This document shows, piece after piece, positions 58,379 through 64,000 of a stretch of 64,000 nucleotides of DNA. The stretch comes from Alphaproteobacteria bacterium. GTDB lineage: Bacteria; Pseudomonadota; Alphaproteobacteria; UBA828. Each line of letters begins with the position of its first letter. Positions within the stretch are counted from its first letter, which is position 1. Where the stretch lies: positions 64,001 to 128,000 of the forward strand of contig CAXXVO010000008.1 of assembly GCA_963422645.2 (NCBI GenBank). The letters run 5' to 3'. A program made the translations under genes and the position numbers. Below the pieces are notes generated by a model. It was not told the DNA's origin. It made no database searches and was given only the letters and a program-made list of their open reading frames with translations.

Positions 58379-60350
58379 CCGAACTTCCCCCCGGAAATGG
58401 GCTGATTTTCGGGGCTAAGCCGTTGATCTTACGGGCGTATCGGCCTTCGGCGCAGATGCAAAGTGTACCCATGTAAATGGAGAGAGGTGGTTGATATGAG
58501 GCGGGAGGTGGGCTATGTTCCGTCCCCATGTATATCGAGAGCGTCCCAAACCGGAACTCCCCGCCCGCAATCCTCCTGCGCGAATCATGGCGCGCGGGCG
58601 GAAAAATCAGAAAACGCACCCTGGCCAATCTGTCCAAGTGGCCGCCGCACCTGATCGACGGTCTGCGCATCCTGCTGCGCGGCGGAACCGCAGTGCCCCG
58701 AGGCGAGACGATCCGCGAGCACGACGGCTTCGACATCACCCGCTCGCGTCCCTTCGGCCATGTGGCAGCGGTGCTCGGCGCCCTGCGCGGCCTCGGTCTG
58801 GAACGGCTGATCGGCGCCAGGCGCTCGCGGCTGCGCGATCTCGTGGTGGCCATGATCGTCGCCCGCATCGTGGCGCCGCGCTCGAAGCTCGCCACCGCGC
58901 GCGGGCTCAGCGAGGACACGCTTGGCCACGGCCTCGGCGAGGCGCTCGCCCTGGGCGAGGTCGGCGAAGACGAGCTCTACGAGGCGATGGACTGGCTACT
59001 GCAGCGCCAGCCCAGGATCGAGCGGGGTCTGGCCGAGCGTCATCTCGAGGACGGCGCGCTGGTGCTCTACGACGTCACTTCGACCTGGCTGGAGGGGCGC
59101 TGCTGTCCGCTGGCGCGTCACGGCTACTCCCGCGACGGCAAGCGCGGCAAGCTGCAGATCGTGTTCGGGCTTCTGTGCAACGCGCAGGGCTGCCCGGTGG
59201 CGGTGGAGGTGTTCGAGGGCAACACCGCCGATCCGGCCACACTGGGCACGCAGATCGACAAGCTGCGCCGGCGCTTCCGGCTTTCGCGGGTCGTTCTCGT
59301 GGGCGATCGCGGCATGCTCACCGAGGCGCGCATCCGCGAGGAGGTGAAGCCGGCCGGGCTGGAGTGGATCAGCGCGCTGCGGGCGCCGGCGATCCGCGAG
59401 CTGGCCTCCGGCGGGACGCTGCAGCTCTCGCTCTTCGACGAGCGCGCCCTGGCCGAGATCCATCATCCCGACTTCCCCGGCGAGCGCCTGATCGCCTGCC
59501 GCAACCCGCTGCTCGCCGAAGAGCGCGCGCGCAAGCGCGAGGCCCTGCTCCAGGCCACCGAGAGCGATCTCGACGCGATCCGTGCGGCAACCCGGCGCGA
59601 CAAGCGCCGTCTCGCCGGCAAGGACAAGATCGGGCTGCGCGTGGGCAAGGTCATCGGCAAGCACAAGGTCGGAAAGCACTTCGACCTGGAGATCGCCGAT
59701 GACGGCTTCGCCTGGCGGCGCAACGCAGAGCGGATCGCCGAAGAGGCGGCGCTCGATGGCCTCTACGTCATCCGCACCAGCCTGTCCGAGCGCGAGCTCG
59801 GGGCCGAGGACACGGTGCGCGCCTACAAGGGATTGAGCCGCATCGAGCGCGCCTTCCGAAGCGTCAAGACGGTCGACCTCAAGGTGCGGCCCATCCACCA
59901 CTATCGGCCTGAGCGCGTGCGCGCCCACGTCCTGCTGTGCATGCTCGCCTACCATGTCGAGTGGCACATGCGCCAAAGGCTCGCCCCCATCCTGTTCGAC
60001 GAGGACGACCCGGCGGGCGCGGACGCCGCGCGCGCCTCCATCGTCGCACCGGCAAAGCCCTCGCCTTCGGCCCGGCGCAAGGCCGCCGCCAAGCGCACAC
60101 CAGACGGCGTGCCGGTGCATAGCTTCCGCACCCTCCTCGAAGACCTGGCGACCATCGCCAGGAACAGAGTTCAGCCGAAACTGCCCGGAGCACCGCCCTT
60201 CGACCTGGTCACCAAACCGACGAAGCTGCAGCGCCAGGCGCTCGACCTGCTCGGCGTCAGCCTGTAGCGTACCCAGTACGCGACTCCGCGAAACGGTGCT
60301 TTCCAAAGCAACCGCAATGGCTTAGCTCAATATCCGCTCCGGAAGTTCAG
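58379..60350 (+). mobile_element. IS1634-family element, copy B (1972 bp)
   Basis: TSD TCTAGG at 58373-58378 and 60351-60356; inverted relative to copy A. Confidence 0.92.
58528..60267 (+). CDS. IS1634-family DDE transposase
   Basis: 579 aa, identical to the copy A protein. Confidence 0.92.
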   Translation: MYIESVPNRNSPPAILLRESWRAGGKIRKRTLANLSKWPPHLIDGLRILLRGGTAVPRGETIREHDGFDITRSRPFGHVAAVLGALRGLGLERLIGARRSRLRDLVVAMIVARIVAPRSKLATARGLSEDTLGHGLGEALALGEVGEDELYEAMDWLLQRQPRIERGLAERHLEDGALVLYDVTSTWLEGRCCPLARHGYSRDGKRGKLQIVFGLLCNAQGCPVAVEVFEGNTADPATLGTQIDKLRRRFRLSRVVLVGDRGMLTEARIREEVKPAGLEWISALRAPAIRELASGGTLQLSLFDERALAEIHHPDFPGERLIACRNPLLAEERARKREALLQATESDLDAIRAATRRDKRRLAGKDKIGLRVGKVIGKHKVGKHFDLEIADDGFAWRRNAERIAEEAALDGLYVIRTSLSERELGAEDTVRAYKGLSRIERAFRSVKTVDLKVRPIHHYRPERVRAHVLLCMLAYHVEWHMRQRLAPILFDEDDPAGADAARASIVAPAKPSPSARRKAAAKRTPDGVPVHSFRTLLEDLATIARNRVQPKLPGAPPFDLVTKPTKLQRQALDLLGVSL

Positions 60351-60469
60351 TCTAGGGAGCCAATCGCCCAGTCCTGCCCTCAAAATTGAGGGGGTAGGCG
60401 GACATCGTCGGAATGTTGGCCTATGGAGGTCACGAGGAATTGGTGCAGGACATCGGCCATAGGCGACCG

Positions 60470-61630
60470 TCAGTGGCGCAATTGCCGAGACAGTGGGACG
60501 CCGGCGAGCGTCGACACCAGCCGCACCAGCTCCACCTGCCGGGAGATACCGTGCTTGACGAATATTTTCTGCGTGTGCCACCGGATCGTGCTTTCCCTGC
60601 GTCCCGTTGCAGCTGCGATTTCTCGGGGTGTCCTGCCCTCGGCCAGCATCGCGGCAACCTGGCTTTCCGCAGGCGTAAGATCCAGGGTGGCCATCACGAG
60701 TTCCGGATCGATGCGAGCCTGGATGGCAGGATCCACGATTAGTGCGACCGCAGCGACGTTTCGGGGGCGGAAGTCCATCTCTCCGTCGCCCACGGGGCTC
60801 ACGTGAAGAACGAGTCGCGGCAAGACGGATCGACGCTTCACCAACATCGAAGCGCTCGCACCCTGGCCACCGCCCTGCGGCAGGACTCGTGCCAACAGCC
60901 TCTGCAGATCGTCGGCGGCGGCTGGAGAGCGGGCGTGGAGGAAGCCGCCCCGGTCGAACAACCCATCGCCCTTGCTCAGCAGGTCTCGAGCGGGGTCGTT
61001 GATGGCCACGATTCGTCCGCGTCGGGCCAGTTGGATTACGCCGAATCTGGTGTTGTCGAGCAGCCTGTCGAGGGAGGAGCCCGCGGCCCCCGCATCGGCC
61101 AGCGCCTGGCGGACACGAACGAATTGGCGAATGTGGGGCAATAGACGCCTGATCATGTCGAGCTGATCGGACGACCAGCCGTCAGGGGCGACGGGATCGC
61201 AAATCGACCAGACGATGCGCGAGCCACTCGGCCCATCCAGTCGCACGTCTATTCCGTTCTGACTGCTGCCGAGGGGCAGCGCCTCGTTGTATGCGGCCGA
61301 GGTCTTCCGCTCCCGTTCCGTGTAGAGGTCGGGTACGTGAAAGAGCTTGCTGTCAGGCAGTTTCCTGACGCGCGGTACGCGCTCGTCCCGCGGAAAATAG
61401 TTTTTGAAGTAGTGGCGCTCCAATTCCCTATTGAGTTCCCCGTAAAAGCAAAACCTCTTGTAGTAGATCTCGAAATCGTCCTCAGTACTGCCCTCGGCAA
61501 ACGTCAAGAAATTGCCCTTCGTCCGGCAGAAAGCGTCGATCAGGGCGAAGGTTGGTAACCAGTGGGCATCGTCGAGCATGGCCTCGTGCAGCGATGCCAG
61601 AATGCGATCGAACGCGTCTTGTTTGCTCAT
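60470..61630 (-). CDS. LuxR-type HTH transcriptional regulator with PAS-like domain
   Basis: ATG 61630; LTPAESQVAAMLAEG..PREIA...ESTIRWH..IFVKHGISRQVEL. Confidence 0.85.
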   Translation of the reverse strand: MSKQDAFDRILASLHEAMLDDAHWLPTFALIDAFCRTKGNFLTFAEGSTEDDFEIYYKRFCFYGELNRELERHYFKNYFPRDERVPRVRKLPDSKLFHVPDLYTERERKTSAAYNEALPLGSSQNGIDVRLDGPSGSRIVWSICDPVAPDGWSSDQLDMIRRLLPHIRQFVRVRQALADAGAAGSSLDRLLDNTRFGVIQLARRGRIVAINDPARDLLSKGDGLFDRGGFLHARSPAAADDLQRLLARVLPQGGGQGASASMLVKRRSVLPRLVLHVSPVGDGEMDFRPRNVAAVALIVDPAIQARIDPELVMATLDLTPAESQVAAMLAEGRTPREIAAATGRRESTIRWHTQKIFVKHGISRQVELVRLVSTLAGVPLSRQLRH

Positions 61631-61978
61631 GATGAGCTTGCGACCCTCGTTGTCCCGGTTGCCCCTTGGGCCCAGATCCTCGCTCAGTGACCTCACGCAA
61701 GGCCCTTTGGCGGGACTCAAGAGTCGGTTCTGGCCAGCCGCGCCGGACCTCCATGACAACGGGGCGGCCAGACAGCCAACATTCGCCGCGAAGACGAGCC
61801 CCACCGGGTGGTCCGCTCCGAATAGTAGTTAAACCACAGGCGTAATGCCATATCTGAGATAAGCAATATGTAGTAACTACCCAGGTACCCCGCCGCCAGT
61901 TCTGAGTGCGTGCTGATGTTGCTTGCCGTCGGTGCCGTTTCGCCGTCGGCGCGTCGTTGATCCCCGCTTGACTGTATA

Positions 61979-62128
61979 GTCTACGACATCGACGGGGCCT
62001 CGGAATCCGCGCGGCTCGTGTCACCTAAAATCAGCAGAGGTCAGGAAGTCTGAGTCTACGACATCGACGGGGCCTCGGAATCCGCGCGGCTCGTGTCACC
62101 TAAAATCAGCAGAGGTCAGGAAGTCTGA
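61979..62128 (+). repeat. Two exact tandem 75-bp units, each identical to 1167-1241
   Basis: GTCTACGACATCG...GGTCAGGAAGTCTGA at 61979-62053 and 62054-62128. Confidence 0.97.
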
Positions 62129-62174
62129 GGTTCTCTCGCCTATGGGTTGCACTCTCGCATGAGAGGAGCAGCCG

Positions 62175-62843
62175 GTGGGGTATTTCGGGTCGAAGGCGAC
62201 GACCGGTCTGAGCCAGGCGCTGATTGCGCTGATGCCGCGGCACTCTGTCTATATCGAGAGCCATCTTGGGGGCGGGGCGCTGATGAAGCGCAAGCCTGCG
62301 GCCATGCGCTCGATCGGGATCGACCGCGACGAGCGGGCGCTTGAGGCCTTTGGCTGCGACTACCCGGTGGAGTTGGTGCCCGGCTGCGCCCATTCCTTCC
62401 TGGCCTCGTTCCCGTTTCTGGGCCCGGAGCTGGTCTACAGCGATCCGCCCTATCTGCACGCGACCCGGCGTTCGTCGCAGCGCTACCGCTTCGAGTACGA
62501 GGAGGCCGACCACGTCGCGCTCCTCGAACTGCTCAAGGGTCTGCCCTGCCAGGTGATGGTCTCGGGCCACCCGTCTGCGCTCTATGACGAGCTGCTGGCG
62601 GGCTGGCGCCGGCTGGCGCTGCAGGTGACGACCCAGGCCCAGGTGCGGACCGAGGTCGTGTGGTTCAACTTCGTGCCTGACCGGGTGCACTGGGCGAGCT
62701 TCGCCGGCCGGAACTTCACCGAGCGCCAGTGCATCAAGCGCAAGGCGGCCAACTGGGGCCGGCGCTACGAGGCCATGCCGGCGGGCGAACGCCTGGCGGT
62801 GCTGGCCGCGATCATGGCCGTCGAGGCCGACGAGGGTTCGTGA
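62175..62843 (+). CDS. Small D12/Dam-like (alpha-class) DNA adenine methyltransferase
   Basis: RBS GAGAGGAG; YFGSK, YIESHLGGGA (SAM binding), YSDPPY (catalytic), EVVWFNF. Confidence 0.85.
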   Translation: MGYFGSKATTGLSQALIALMPRHSVYIESHLGGGALMKRKPAAMRSIGIDRDERALEAFGCDYPVELVPGCAHSFLASFPFLGPELVYSDPPYLHATRRSSQRYRFEYEEADHVALLELLKGLPCQVMVSGHPSALYDELLAGWRRLALQVTTQAQVRTEVVWFNFVPDRVHWASFAGRNFTERQCIKRKAANWGRRYEAMPAGERLAVLAAIMAVEADEGS

Positions 62844-64000
62844 CAGTGTCGCGCTGGCACGAGGACCTCGCTGCCCACGACGAGGCCTTCGCGTGCCTGC
62901 AGGACCTTTTCACCCCACAATCCTTCGCAATGACCGCCGTCAAAGCCATTCGGGAATGGGGCCAGGGGTTGCTGCGCCTGAGCGCGGCCCTGGTCAAGGA
63001 GAACGACGCGCTGGAGCGGGAGAACGCCCGCTTGCGCGAGCGGATCGCCGAACTCGAGCGCAGCGCCGCGCTCGACAGCACCACCAGCTCCAAGCCGCCG
63101 GCCAGCGACGGTCTGAAGAAGAAGAGCGGTGACCGGGAGAAGCGCACCCGGAGCCAGCGCGGCAAGTCCGACAGGCCCAGTGGCGGCCAGCCGGGCCACA
63201 AGGGAACTACCCTGGAGCGGACCGCGACGCCCGACCATGTCGTCGATCATGATCCGTCCGCCTGTGAGGGCTGCGGCGCGCCGCTGTCGGACGCTGACCG
63301 TCACGGAGCCCCCGTCTGCCGGCAGGTCTTCGATGTGCCCGAGCCGCAGCCCCTCGAGGTCACCGAACATCGCGGCCATCGTTGCCTCTGCGCTGCCTGC
63401 GGCACCGTGACGACAGCCGTCTTCCCGAACGGCGTGAGCGCACCGGTCCAATACGGGCCGCGCATCACCGCGTGGGTGACCTACCTGCTGCACGCTCAGT
63501 TCATTCCCGAGAAGCGGGTCGCCGAGGTCATGAGCGACCTCTTCGCGGTCAAGCTCTCAACAGCCACCATCGTCGCCATGGGAAGGCGCACCGCCCGGCG
63601 CTTCGAGGGCTTCCTCGATCGCCTCGCGGAGATCATCCGCACCGCAGCCCCAGTCAAACACCTCGACGAGACCGGCATCCGCATCGCCGCCCGGACCCAT
63701 TGGCTCCATGTGCTGTGCACCCCGTTGCTCACCATCCTGCGCGTCGCCACCGGGCGCAGCCACATCGACGAGAAGCTCAACGGCATCGTCATCCATGACG
63801 ACTACGCCACCTACTTCGCTCTCGAGGGCGTGCGCCACGGGGCCTGCAACGCCCATCACCTGCGCGAGCTCCAAGCCCTCATCGAGATCGAGAAGGAAGA
63901 CTGGGCAACGAGCACGCACCGGCTCCTCATCCGTGCCAACAGAGCCGCCCGCTTCGCCCACAAGAACGACCGCGACGTGCCCGCCTCACTGGTGGCCCGC
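62840..64000 (+). CDS. IS66 transposase, unbroken as far as visible, 3' part outside the window
   Basis: GTG overlaps the MTase stop (GTGA). A single frame carries SSKPPASDG, C..C motifs, KHLDETG and CNAHHLRELQAL. Absent from the ORF track because it runs off the edge. Confidence 0.88.
   Translation, partial: MTVSRWHEDLAAHDEAFACLQDLFTPQSFAMTAVKAIREWGQGLLRLSAALVKENDALERENARLRERIAELERSAALDSTTSSKPPASDGLKKKSGDREKRTRSQRGKSDRPSGGQPGHKGTTLERTATPDHVVDHDPSACEGCGAPLSDADRHGAPVCRQVFDVPEPQPLEVTEHRGHRCLCAACGTVTTAVFPNGVSAPVQYGPRITAWVTYLLHAQFIPEKRVAEVMSDLFAVKLSTATIVAMGRRTARRFEGFLDRLAEIIRTAAPVKHLDETGIRIAARTHWLHVLCTPLLTILRVATGRSHIDEKLNGIVIHDDYATYFALEGVRHGACNAHHLRELQALIEIEKEDWATSTHRLLIRANRAARFAHKNDRDVPASLVAR

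Larger units (their letters stand above)
61873..64000 (+). mobile_element. Second IS66-family element type, carrying a DNA methyltransferase passenger; right end beyond the window
   Basis: Left end GTAACTACCCAGG, 12/13 identical to the TIR of copies 1-3; followed by an MTase and a coupled IS66 transposase. Confidence 0.75.

Noticed and set aside
61979-62128. CRISPR array
   Set aside because: Two abutting identical 75-bp units with no spacers and no cas genes; the unit is an IS end.
62175-62843. Restriction-modification system
   Set aside because: No endonuclease or specificity subunit nearby; the gene lies inside an IS66 end.

Overview
GC-rich alphaproteobacterial (Rhodospirillales-like, inferred from the yqeY-dnaG-rpoD / carAB-greA layout and irr) chromosomal segment. 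Core and metabolic genes: TRAP dctQM, bioBA, an orphan CoxL/XDH-family large subunit, irr-rubrerythrin, a molybdopterin oxidoreductase, an amidase, rpoD, dnaG, carAB, greA, dgcNA, galU-ugd-PMM, a D,D-carboxypeptidase and a nucleoside hydrolase. About 13 kb (~20%) is IS DNA in 7 elements: an unclassified DDE element at the left edge, two IS1634 copies with 6-bp TSDs, three near-identical IS66 copies with 8-bp TSDs that all carry the same frameshift, and a fourth, different IS66 at the right edge. IS insertions disrupt dadA and an enolase-family gene, and probably the dctP gene of the TRAP system. Two things stand out. (1) A compact corrinoid-dependent methyl-transfer operon at 41157-47102: unknown Cys/His protein, MtaA-like methyltransferase, corrinoid protein, RACo-type activator, methyl-THF methyltransferase and thioesterase. 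(2) An IS66 starting at 61873 that carries a TRD-less DNA adenine methyltransferase coupled to its transposase; its leader holds two exact tandem 75-bp copies of the right end of the unrelated element at 1-1241. No rRNA, tRNA or CRISPR array was recognised. All calls come from motif recognition by eye; no database searches were run.
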